Translations under genes and position numbers: made by a program | The notes under the pieces: generated by a model | Database searches by the model: none | The model's input: the letters and a program-made list of their open reading frames with translations, nothing else | Told to the model about the DNA's origin: nothing | NCBI GenBank assembly: GCA_019561615.1 | Contig: JAHEQA010000021.1 | Span: 1-10,400, forward strand | Direction of reading: 5' to 3' | DNA length: 10,400 bases | Source of the DNA: Methanothermococcus sp. SCGC AD-155-E23 | GTDB taxonomy: Archaea > AGJL01 > Methanococci > Methanococcales > Methanococcaceae | Part shown: in pieces, positions 1 to 6,987 of the stretch | How positions within the stretch are numbered: position 1 is the first letter of the stretch | Layout: each line of letters starts with the position of its first letter

Positions 1-1
1 A

Positions 2-154
2 TCTGAGGATAAAACTTTAAAGGATGTAATACCTGGATTGGAAACTTCAGATAGGGTTTACGTCCTGGATAAAAACAGGAGATTGAAGGGCATTATCTCT
101 AAAACAGATGTACTGCGAATACTGAAGATACTTGAATTTAGGAAGGATAGTTGA
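2..154 (+). CDS. 3' end of a CBS-domain protein, probably site-2 protease (peptidase M50 + CBS, MJ0392-like); 5'-partial
   Basis: Manual translation of frame 2: SEDKTLKDVIPGLETSDRVYVLDKNRRLKGIISKTDVLRILKILEFRKDS*, stop TGA at 152-154. 'VYVLD..LKGIISKTDVL' is a typical CBS C-terminal motif. The S2P assignment is from recalled similarity only. Confidence 0.7.
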   Translation, partial: SEDKTLKDVIPGLETSDRVYVLDKNRRLKGIISKTDVLRILKILEFRKDS

Positions 155-162
155 GGGATCCC

Positions 163-1233
163 ATGGAGATTCTAAATATAACATACTACAATAACACCCT
201 CTACCAGTATCTGGTGTTCCTCCTCTTTCTCCTCCTTGGAATCCTACTGACAAAGATATATCTCTACCTTATTAAGAGGTATCTCAAGGATCTTGTTAAC
301 AAATCCAGGATAAAGTTTGACGATATCCTCTTAGAGGCCGCAGAGTACCCAGGGATGATACTTATATTTATAACCTGTGTCTACCTAGGTTTAAAGTTTC
401 TAACACTTCCCCCTAACCTTTATACACTACTGGACAACGCTGTTAAAGTTATAGTTATTTTATGTTTCACATGGTTCGCAGTAAATCTATTAGACGATAT
501 AGTGAAGTACTACATCCAGCCTGTAGTGGAGGAATCAGAGACTAAATTCGACGACCAGTTGCTCTCCCCCCTTAAGAAGCTCTTAAAGATAGTAGTTGTA
601 ATACTGGGGATACTTACAGCCTTGAAAACAGTTGGTTACGATATAACAGCACTTCTCGCAGGTCTGGGAATTGGAGGTTTAGCAGTTGCACTGGCAGCCC
701 AGGACACTATTAAGAACTTTATCGCAGGTGTTATCATCTTCGTAGACAAGCCCTTTAGGATAAAGGACTGGATAAAGTTTGAAGGTGGGGAGGGGATAGT
801 GGAAGATATTGGAGTTAGAAGTACAAAGATAAGGACCTTCAACGACTCCCTTATAGTGGTGCCAAACACCAACCTGGTAAATGCAAACATTGAGAACCTC
901 TCTGAAATGAGGAAGAGAAGGGTACTTGTATATATTGGATTGACCTACGACACTCCTGTGGAGAAGGTAAAGAGGGCCAAGGAGATAATCAGGGAGATAG
1001 TGGAGAGTCACCCTGGAACCCTGCCCCCTGTAAGGATAACCTTCCACAGGTTTAACACCTACTCCCTAGATCTCAGAGTGGAGTACTTTATAAGAAACTT
1101 TGGATTTGACTACTACCTTAACACCATAGATGAGATAAACCTAAAGATCAAGGAGGCCTTTGAGAAAGAGGGTATTGAGATGGCCTTCCCAACTGAGGTA
1201 GTATACGTTAAAATGGAGGATAAGAATAATTAG
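163..1233 (+). CDS. mscS: Small-conductance mechanosensitive channel (MscS family, MscMJ-like)
   Basis: N-terminal TM helices; TM3 motif 'ALLAGLGIGGLAVALAAQDTIKNFIAG', then 'DKPFRIKDWI', 'GIVEDIGVRSTKIRT', 'VVPN' and C-terminal 'GIEMAFPT'. ATG at 163 is preferred over TTG 151 because GAGGG lies just upstream. Confidence 0.95.
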   Translation: MEILNITYYNNTLYQYLVFLLFLLLGILLTKIYLYLIKRYLKDLVNKSRIKFDDILLEAAEYPGMILIFITCVYLGLKFLTLPPNLYTLLDNAVKVIVILCFTWFAVNLLDDIVKYYIQPVVEESETKFDDQLLSPLKKLLKIVVVILGILTALKTVGYDITALLAGLGIGGLAVALAAQDTIKNFIAGVIIFVDKPFRIKDWIKFEGGEGIVEDIGVRSTKIRTFNDSLIVVPNTNLVNANIENLSEMRKRRVLVYIGLTYDTPVEKVKRAKEIIREIVESHPGTLPPVRITFHRFNTYSLDLRVEYFIRNFGFDYYLNTIDEINLKIKEAFEKEGIEMAFPTEVVYVKMEDKNN

Positions 1234-1242
1234 GTGAAAAGT

Positions 1243-2331
1243 ATGGTAATCTCTAGGGAGGAGATACTGGAGGTATTCCATGGATACAGCAGGGATGAGA
1301 TCACTGTAGCTACACTGGGAAGTCACACAGCCCTCCATATCCTCAAGGGTGCAAAGTTGGAGGGATTCTCCACCGTTGTAATTACCACCAGGGAGAGGGA
1401 TGTGCCCTATAAGAGGTTTAACGTTGCAGATAGGTATATCTACGTGGAGAGGTTTTCAGAGATCTCAAATGAGGAGGTGCAGGAGAGGTTAAGGGAGATG
1501 AATGCAATTGTAGTACCCCATGGCTCCTTCATAGCCTACTGTGGATTGGAGAGGTTGGAGGAGGACTTCCAGGTACCTATCTTTGGCAATAGGAGGATAC
1601 TTCGATGGGAGTCCCAGAGGGATCTGGAGAGAAAACTTCTAAGGGAGAGTGGTCTAAGGGTTCCAAGGAGGTATGAAAGTCCAGAGGAGATAGATGCTCC
1701 AGTAATAGTTAAATTCCCTGGGGCAAGGGGTGGAAGGGGGTACTTCATCTGCTCCTCGAAGGAGGAATTCTGGAGAAAGATAGGTATACTTAAGGAGAAG
1801 GGATTGATCTCCCAGGAGGATTTGGAGAATGCCCATATAGAGGAGTACGTTGTTGGAACTAACTTCTGTCTCCACTACTTCTACTCCCCCCTTAAGGACA
1901 GGGTGGAGTTAATGGGTATAGATCGTAGGTACGAGAGTAACATAGACGGGTTGGTGAGGATACCTGCAAGGGATCAGTTGGAGTTGGAGGTGGAACCCTC
2001 CTATGTAATTACAGGTAATATTCCAGTGGTTATAAGGGAGAGTCTCCTTCCCCAGGTCTTTGAGATGGGAGATAAACTGGTGGAGAAGTCCAGGGAGCTG
2101 GTACCCCCAGGTATGATAGGACCCTTCTGCCTCCAGACACTATGCAATGAGAACTTGGAGTTGATAGTGTTTGAGATGAGTGCAAGGATAGACGGGGGAA
2201 CAAACTCCTTTATGAATGGAAGTCCCTACTCCTTCCTCTACCATGGAGAGCCCCTAAGTATGGGCCAGAGGATAGCCAGGGAGATAAGACTGGCCTTGGA
2301 GATGGATATGATAGAGAAGGTGATATCTTAA
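1243..2331 (+). CDS. purP: 5-formaminoimidazole-4-carboxamide ribonucleotide (FAICAR) synthetase PurP, ATP-grasp fold
   Basis: Motifs 'ATLGSHTALHILKGAKLEGF', 'VPHGSF', 'GARGGRGYF', 'RYESNIDG', 'EMSARIDGGTN', 'LSMGQRIARE'. ATG at 1243 follows the RBS AGGTGA (1232-1237). Confidence 0.96.
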   Translation: MVISREEILEVFHGYSRDEITVATLGSHTALHILKGAKLEGFSTVVITTRERDVPYKRFNVADRYIYVERFSEISNEEVQERLREMNAIVVPHGSFIAYCGLERLEEDFQVPIFGNRRILRWESQRDLERKLLRESGLRVPRRYESPEEIDAPVIVKFPGARGGRGYFICSSKEEFWRKIGILKEKGLISQEDLENAHIEEYVVGTNFCLHYFYSPLKDRVELMGIDRRYESNIDGLVRIPARDQLELEVEPSYVITGNIPVVIRESLLPQVFEMGDKLVEKSRELVPPGMIGPFCLQTLCNENLELIVFEMSARIDGGTNSFMNGSPYSFLYHGEPLSMGQRIAREIRLALEMDMIEKVIS

Positions 2332-2501
2332 ACTTTTAACCTCTCCCTTAATCTATTGTTTTCCTCCTTTAATTTCTCATATATCTCTTTATAGGGTTCA
2401 GGGTCGTAGCCACACTCCTGGATATATTTTATTAACTCCTCCAGGTGTTCCTCTGTATGCTTCAAGATGTGAAGTAATTTTTTGATCCTTCTCTCCTCCA
2501 T
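2328..2501 (-). CDS. Small hypothetical protein, 57 aa, predicted two-helix, H-x3-H-x3-H pattern
   Basis: Manual translation: MEERRIKKLLHILKHTEEHLEELIKYIQECGYDPEPYKEIYEKLKEENNRLRERLKV*. It fills the purP-tyrS gap exactly, has AGGGA upstream of the ATG and host-like GAG/AGG codon use. It is below the ORF-track cutoff. Confidence 0.8.
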   Translation of the reverse strand: MEERRIKKLLHILKHTEEHLEELIKYIQECGYDPEPYKEIYEKLKEENNRLRERLKV

Positions 2502-2508
2502 ATTATCC

Positions 2509-3462
2509 CTACCTATTTTTTATCCTCTCCCTAATAGGTTCAAGTATCTTGACGATCTCCTCTGCAACGGTGTTCTTTAGATCCATGGGGTGTATCTTTT
2601 TCTCCAAATATAACCTCTCCAACATCTCGTAGCTTTCAATATAGATATCCCCTCCAAATTTCTCAGGCCTCTTAATAGTTAGGGGGTACTCTAAGAAGTA
2701 TTTCGCCATCTCCAATACAGGGTTTCCCTCTACAACACCTATTGGACAGTAGGCCTTTTTAATTTTAGATCTAATAGTATCTGGATGGTCGTCTACAGCT
2801 ATAAAGTTATCCTTGGAGGAGGACATCTTCCCCTTCCCCTCTAGACCTGTGAGTACAGGGTTGTGGATACATACTGGAGCCTTCCAACCTAGGGATGGTA
2901 GTATCTCCCTTGCAAGCATGTGTATCTTCCTCTGCTCCATACCACCAACTGCCACATCCACCTCTAGATGTTTTATGTCGTTTACCTGCATTAGGGGATA
3001 TATCACCTCTGCAACCTTGGGGTTCTCCTCCTCCCTGGCTATCAACTCCATACTTCTCCTGGCCCTCTTTAAAGTAGTCTTTAGTGCTATTCTGTAAACA
3101 TCCAATACATAGTCCCTCTCCAACTGAAACTCACTACCGTAGATGTACTTTGCAGATAACCCCATGGCCTCGAATACCCCTCTGTTGTACTCTGCCAACT
3201 GGTGTATCTCCTCCATAGTTCCCTTCTGATTAAGGTAGGCGTGAAGATCTGCCAGTAGGACCACTACCTCAAAACCTGCCTCCTGGAGATCTATCATCTT
3301 CCTTATCTGGAGGTAGTGTCCCAGGTGTATCCTACCACTAGGTTCAAATCCAATGTAGGCCCTTTTATTCTCCTTCTCCAAGACCTCTTTTAACTCCTCC
3401 ACAGTTACTATCTCCAGGGTATTTCTTGCTATCTTCTCTATGGTACTTTCCATCTCTGCCAT
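2509..3462 (-). CDS. tyrS: Tyrosine--tRNA ligase (archaeal type)
   Basis: 'AYIGFEPSG', HIGH-equivalent 'HLGH', '[13 protein letters not shown]', 'YPLMQVND', '[14 protein letters not shown]', 'KMSSSK', 'HPMDLK'. Confidence 0.98.
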   Translation of the reverse strand: MAEMESTIEKIARNTLEIVTVEELKEVLEKENKRAYIGFEPSGRIHLGHYLQIRKMIDLQEAGFEVVVLLADLHAYLNQKGTMEEIHQLAEYNRGVFEAMGLSAKYIYGSEFQLERDYVLDVYRIALKTTLKRARRSMELIAREEENPKVAEVIYPLMQVNDIKHLEVDVAVGGMEQRKIHMLAREILPSLGWKAPVCIHNPVLTGLEGKGKMSSSKDNFIAVDDHPDTIRSKIKKAYCPIGVVEGNPVLEMAKYFLEYPLTIKRPEKFGGDIYIESYEMLERLYLEKKIHPMDLKNTVAEEIVKILEPIRERIKNR

Positions 3463-3514
3463 ATCTCTAACCTCTTTCTTTTTAATCCAAATAATCTCTT
3501 CTAATTATAAAATT

Positions 3515-3574
3515 TTTATCATGATCTTTCATTACAAAAAAAGATTTATCATCATTTTTCATGAGCAAAAAAGG
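3515..3574. repeat. Imperfect 30-bp tandem repeat (2 copies) in the divergent intergenic region
   Basis: 3515-3544 TTTATCATGATCTTTCATTACAAAAAAAGA vs 3545-3574 TTTATCATCATTTTTCATGAGCAAAAAAGG; 24/30 identical ungapped by manual count. Confidence 0.55.
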
Positions 3575-3642
3575 ATATATAGCAGTTTTTTCACTTTATA
3601 CTTAAAGATACAAAGTTTTTACAATGAGAGTGGGGTTGTACT

Positions 3643-3813
3643 ATGAATATTTGGGATATTATTACCTTTAAAGAGGATGAGGAGAAATTTAAAGAAGTGG
3701 ATAAGTTCTCAAAGGATCTGAAAAGACCCTACAGGATGGATAACAGGGTAAAGGTACTGGGGTACATCCTTACCCTCCTAGTGGTTGTATCCCTAGTACA
3801 CAACATACTGTAA
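3643..3813 (+). CDS. Small hypothetical membrane protein, 56 aa, single C-terminal TM helix
   Basis: Manual translation: MNIWDIITFKEDEEKFKEVDKFSKDLKRPYRMDNRVKVLGYILTLLVVVSLVHNIL*. A G-rich RBS-like GGGGT lies upstream and a T-tract downstream. Confidence 0.7.
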   Translation: MNIWDIITFKEDEEKFKEVDKFSKDLKRPYRMDNRVKVLGYILTLLVVVSLVHNIL

Positions 3814-3836
3814 GTTAGAGGGTAACAGGAAGGCGA

Positions 3837-3845
3837 CTCTTTTTT
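3837..3845 (+). terminator. Putative oligo-T terminator after the small membrane ORF
   Basis: CTC followed by a T run about 25 nt after the stop at 3813; archaeal U-tract type. Confidence 0.4.
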
Positions 3846-3937
3846 GAAAAAGGATTTGTAATGAATAATCGTGATGGTTTTGAGGGTGTTAAGGGAGGTT
3901 TTATGTAGTGGTTTAGCATTACATTGATGCATTTAGA

Positions 3938-3947
3938 TTTATAAATA
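3938..3947 (+). promoter_or_regulatory. Putative TATA box for the fwd operon
   Basis: TTTATAAATA matches the methanogen TATA consensus. A second TATA-like element (ATATAAAA, 4012-4019) follows an A-rich BRE-like tract. Confidence 0.5.
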
Positions 3948-3955
3948 TCCCGGAG

Positions 3956-3970
3956 GTTAGTATTACTAAC
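3956..3970. promoter_or_regulatory. Palindromic operator-like site 1 (GTTAG-N5-CTAAC)
   Basis: GTTAGTATTACTAAC: perfect 7-bp arms around a central T, 8 bp downstream of the TATA-like box. Confidence 0.6.
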
Positions 3971-4032
3971 TCCCCCATATATAGTTTTTTATCCACCTGT
4001 AAAAAAAAGTCATATAAAATTTAAAGAAGAAA

Positions 4033-4047
4033 GTTAGTTATGCTAAC
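4033..4047. promoter_or_regulatory. Palindromic operator-like site 2 (GTTAG-N5-CTAAC)
   Basis: GTTAGTTATGCTAAC: same arms and spacing as site 1, 77 bp downstream of it and just before the fwdH RBS. Confidence 0.6.
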
Positions 4048-4069
4048 ATCCCTGTCCAGTGAATACACT

Positions 4070-4534
4070 ATGCCAGAGCATATACTCTCAGGGATCAAGG
4101 CCATAGTGGCTATGAAACTTAGAAGGGAGGGGAAGTTACAGAAGGAGATAGCAGAGTACCTCAATACAAATAGAACTGAGATCTCCCACTATCTACAGGG
4201 AAGACATCCCTCAAAAAAGGTGCTAAGAACATCCCAGGAGATCCTAAACCTACCTCCCCAATATGCAGTGAGGATAATAAATACCCTCAGCGATGATAAA
4301 GAGATCACATCCAGGATAATCAAGGCCCTATACAGTGTGAAGGTAGAGGTGGAGAGGGAGAAGTGTATCCTCTGTGGGGAGTGTTTAGAGTGCCCCTATG
4401 GGGCTATTGAGATGAGGGACATTGGCATCCCTGTTGTAGACCATGAGAGATGTAAGATATGTGGAAGATGTATCTCTCTATGTCCAACAGGTGCCTTGAA
4501 GTTAGCATTTCTAAAGAAGAAAATGGAGGAATAA
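4070..4534 (+). CDS. fwdH: FwdH: N-terminal helix-turn-helix plus C-terminal 2x[4Fe-4S] ferredoxin domain
   Basis: HTH 'LQKEIAEYLNTNRTEISHYLQG'; Cys motifs CILCGECLECP and CKICGRCISLCP; directly upstream of fwdF, as in fwdHFGDAC. ATG 4070 (MPEHILSG, AGTGA upstream) is preferred over ATG 4040. Confidence 0.85.
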   Translation: MPEHILSGIKAIVAMKLRREGKLQKEIAEYLNTNRTEISHYLQGRHPSKKVLRTSQEILNLPPQYAVRIINTLSDDKEITSRIIKALYSVKVEVEREKCILCGECLECPYGAIEMRDIGIPVVDHERCKICGRCISLCPTGALKLAFLKKKMEE

Positions 4535-4535
4535 A

Positions 4536-5603
4536 ATGGGACTGGTAAAAAAGAAAACTATAGTGGTAAAAAAGGAGAGATATGGTAAAGACTTTAAGAT
4601 TGTAAGGGAAGGTTCTGTTGAAAAGAGGGTACTCTACTGGAATGACAAGAACTGTATTGGTTGTGGTATCTGTGAAGATATCTGTCCAGTTGGAGCTATT
4701 GAGATGGGTCCACTAGGTGCCATTGCAAAGGGGGTAGTAGATGCTCCAAAGTTAGATGTGGATAGCTCGAAGTGTGTACTCTGTGGTATGTGTGCAGCTG
4801 CATGTCCCTTTAACGCCATGGACCTGGAGATAAACGGTAGCTCCATAAAGGACCTTCCACAGTTTCCAAAGATTAGGAGGAACATCACTGTAGATGAGGA
4901 TACCTGTATCCTCTGTAAGCAGTGTGAGGTGGTATGTCCCCAGGATGCAATACATGTTGAGAGGGAGGTTCCTGAGAGGAAAACCCTGGTTCTAGGGGAG
5001 ATATCTATTAACAAGGACCTCTGTGTATTCTGTGGCCTATGTGCAGACTACTGTCCTGCAGATGCCATAACCTTGATACCTAACGAGGAGACCCCAATAA
5101 CATTGAACCCCTACAAGGATATAGTTGTAGATACAGAGGCCTGTGTATACTGTAAGGTATGTGAAAAGGCCTGCCCCCATGGAGCCATAGAGGTGGTATG
5201 TTACAAGTGTCCCTTTGTAAAGAGGATAAAGACACCTGAGATACATAAGGAGATAAGGGGGAAGGTTGTTGTAGATAAGAACTCCTGTGTCGCCTGTAGC
5301 TGGTGTGAGAAGATATGTCCCATAGATGCCATAAAGGTGGAGAAACCCTTTGAGGGGGAGTTGATTATAAAGGAGGAGTTATGCAGTGGATGTGGTGCCT
5401 GTGTTGCCATATGTCCATGTAATGCACTAACATTCCCAAAACCAAAGGAGCCGGGGGAAAAGGTTCCAAGGTTGGTGGTAAACCAGGAGATATGTATACT
5501 CTGTGGGGCATGTGCTAAGGCATGTCCTGTTGGTGCACTGGAGGTTAGGAGAAGGAGGGGGAATATAAACGATACCAAGATTTTAAAAAAGAGGGAGTGC
5601 TAA
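4536..5603 (+). CDS. fwdF: Polyferredoxin FwdF with a non-native C-terminal tail (junction at 5581/5582)
   Basis: Eight CxxCxxCxxxCP motifs plus an extra CYKC pair. It ends ...NDTK-ILKKREC*, whereas the identical - strand copy ends ...NDTK-MIAWKKAFDKLLN*. Confidence 0.9.
   Translation: MGLVKKKTIVVKKERYGKDFKIVREGSVEKRVLYWNDKNCIGCGICEDICPVGAIEMGPLGAIAKGVVDAPKLDVDSSKCVLCGMCAAACPFNAMDLEINGSSIKDLPQFPKIRRNITVDEDTCILCKQCEVVCPQDAIHVEREVPERKTLVLGEISINKDLCVFCGLCADYCPADAITLIPNEETPITLNPYKDIVVDTEACVYCKVCEKACPHGAIEVVCYKCPFVKRIKTPEIHKEIRGKVVVDKNSCVACSWCEKICPIDAIKVEKPFEGELIIKEELCSGCGACVAICPCNALTFPKPKEPGEKVPRLVVNQEICILCGACAKACPVGALEVRRRRGNINDTKILKKREC
5433..5581 (+). repeat. Left arm of an exact inverted repeat (visible part; mirrors 10252-10400)
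   Basis: 149/149 identical to the reverse complement of 10252-10400 by manual comparison. It probably extends further left, since the right arm is cut by the window edge. Confidence 0.97.
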
Positions 5604-5806
5604 AGAAGATAAAGGACGTTGGAACATGCTTTGCAGGTAATGGAAACAGGATATCCATAGCAATCCTCCCTGCCGATGAGAGGAGAAGTGCCTCCATCCT
5701 TATAGGATTCCACAAGGGGAACAACCACTCCTCCATCATATTAAAACCAAAGAAGGCAGCCTATCTCAGTAAGATGATAACAAAACTTATTCTCTCCAAC
5801 CTCTAA
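5582..5806 (+). pseudogene. 5'-truncated fragment of a hypothetical protein gene
   Basis: Frame is open from the junction: FKKEGVLKKIKDVGTCFAGNGNRISIAILPADERRSASILIGFHKGNNHSSIILKPKKAAYLSKMITKLILSNL*. GTG 5597 has no well-spaced RBS. A T-tract follows the stop. Confidence 0.55.
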
Positions 5807-5827
5807 CTCTTTTTTTATAAAAGAAGA

Positions 5828-5835
5828 TTTATATA
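5828..5835 (+). promoter_or_regulatory. Putative TATA box of the permease gene
   Basis: TTTATATA preceded by purine-rich AAAAGAAGA (BRE-like), about 50 nt upstream of ATG 5882. Confidence 0.55.
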
Positions 5836-5881
5836 AGATTAAAAAATTAAAGATAGAATAAAAAGTTTAAGTGTGGATAAT

Positions 5882-6973
5882 ATGGATATCTCAGGGACCC
5901 TTTTCTACGCCCTAGAGGTTATGCTAAAAACTGTTTTTGACTATCTCAATTTTAACAGGTTGATTGCCTTAACCTTCTCCTTCCTCATGGCAGGGGGTAT
6001 AGCCACCATGATAAACAGGCGGGTTATACTTAAGTACTTTGGTCCCAACACCCCCAAGGGGATATCCTACCTTGTTGCCGCTTTAAGTGGATGTATACTT
6101 GTAGTATGTTCCTGTACTGTATTACCACTGATCTCCAGTCTCTACAAGAGAGGGGCTAGTATAGGACCTCTTACCACCTTACTCTTTTCGGCACCTGCTA
6201 TCAACATCCTTGCAATCTTTTACTCTGCAGCAGTTTTTGGATGGGATATTGGATTCCTAAGAGCCCTATATGCAGTAATCTTCTCCATTGTAATAGGGGT
6301 TACCATGGAGTTACTCTTTGAGAGGGGGAAGAAGGAGGGTAGTGTTCTCAGGGGAAAAGTTGGCAGTGTTACCTCAAGACCCTGGTATCAAACTTTATCC
6401 TTCTTCCTTATACAGTTGTTGATACTTCTTACAATAACAGCCTCTCCAAAGTTCATGCCCTTTCTAAATATACCTGTCTACGAGGGGATACTAAGTAAAC
6501 ATGTAGTTACAGCCCTCCTTATTTTACTACTGGTTGTTGTTGTAAAGAGATGGTATAAACCTGAGGAGATTAAGTCCTGGCTCCTGGAGAGTTATATGTT
6601 AGCTAGGACACTCTTCCCTCTCCTGATAGTAGGGGTGGCTATAGCAGGGTTAATAAGTGTGTTCATCCCTCCAGAGTATATCAGTAGATACGTAGGTGAG
6701 AACACCATAACCTCAAATTTCCTGGCATCCCTAGTAGGTGCCCTTATGTACTTTGCAACACTTACCGAGGTGCCCATTGTAAAGACCCTCATGGACCTGG
6801 GAATGAACGTTGGACCTGCCATGGCTCTACTTCTAGCAGGACCAAGTCTAAGTATACCTACGGTACTTACACTCTCCAGGGTATGGGGTTTTATAAAAAC
6901 CTTTACCTATCTCACTCTTGTAGTAATACTCTCCACATTTGCCGGATATATCACAGGTATAATCCTGGGATAA
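5882..6973 (+). CDS. Predicted permease, ArsP/DUF318 (UPF0718) family
   Basis: About 10 hydrophobic segments; 'VCSCTVLPL..SLYKRGASIGP..LLFSAPAIN' and the second repeat 'MYFATLTEVPIV..L..LGMNVGPAMALLLAGPSLS'. GTG 5873 is an alternative start. Confidence 0.88.
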   Translation: MDISGTLFYALEVMLKTVFDYLNFNRLIALTFSFLMAGGIATMINRRVILKYFGPNTPKGISYLVAALSGCILVVCSCTVLPLISSLYKRGASIGPLTTLLFSAPAINILAIFYSAAVFGWDIGFLRALYAVIFSIVIGVTMELLFERGKKEGSVLRGKVGSVTSRPWYQTLSFFLIQLLILLTITASPKFMPFLNIPVYEGILSKHVVTALLILLLVVVVKRWYKPEEIKSWLLESYMLARTLFPLLIVGVAIAGLISVFIPPEYISRYVGENTITSNFLASLVGALMYFATLTEVPIVKTLMDLGMNVGPAMALLLAGPSLSIPTVLTLSRVWGFIKTFTYLTLVVILSTFAGYITGIILG

Positions 6974-6983
6974 AAAGAAAAAA
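6972..6983 (-). terminator. Putative oligo-T terminator of the fwd operon
   Basis: The - strand reads TTTTTTCTTTTT a few bases after the fwdC stop, in the short convergent gap. Confidence 0.5.
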
Positions 6984-6987
6984 GAGT

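Noticed and set aside
3515-3574. Possible degenerate CRISPR array
   Set aside because: Only two abutting copies with no spacer, and no cas genes in the window.
3440-3646. 68-aa + strand ORF spanning the intergenic region
   Set aside because: F/I/K-rich translation of AT-rich promoter DNA that overlaps the tyrS start antisense.
3861-3908. 15-aa ORF MNNRDGFEGVKGGFM, and GGAGGT followed by ATG-TAG (start-stop) at 3894-3908
   Set aside because: Too short to support. It lies upstream of the likely fwd TATA box, so it is probably not in the fwd leader, and could arise by chance in G/T-rich sequence.
3729-3932. 67-aa - strand ORF from the track
   Set aside because: It overlaps the better-supported + strand membrane ORF, has atypical composition and has no RBS.
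4634-5739. Several - strand ORFs opposite fwdF (and similar shadows opposite mscS, purP, tyrS, the permease and fwdA/C/G)
   Set aside because: Antisense or alternate-frame shadows of confidently identified genes, with no motifs or start signals.
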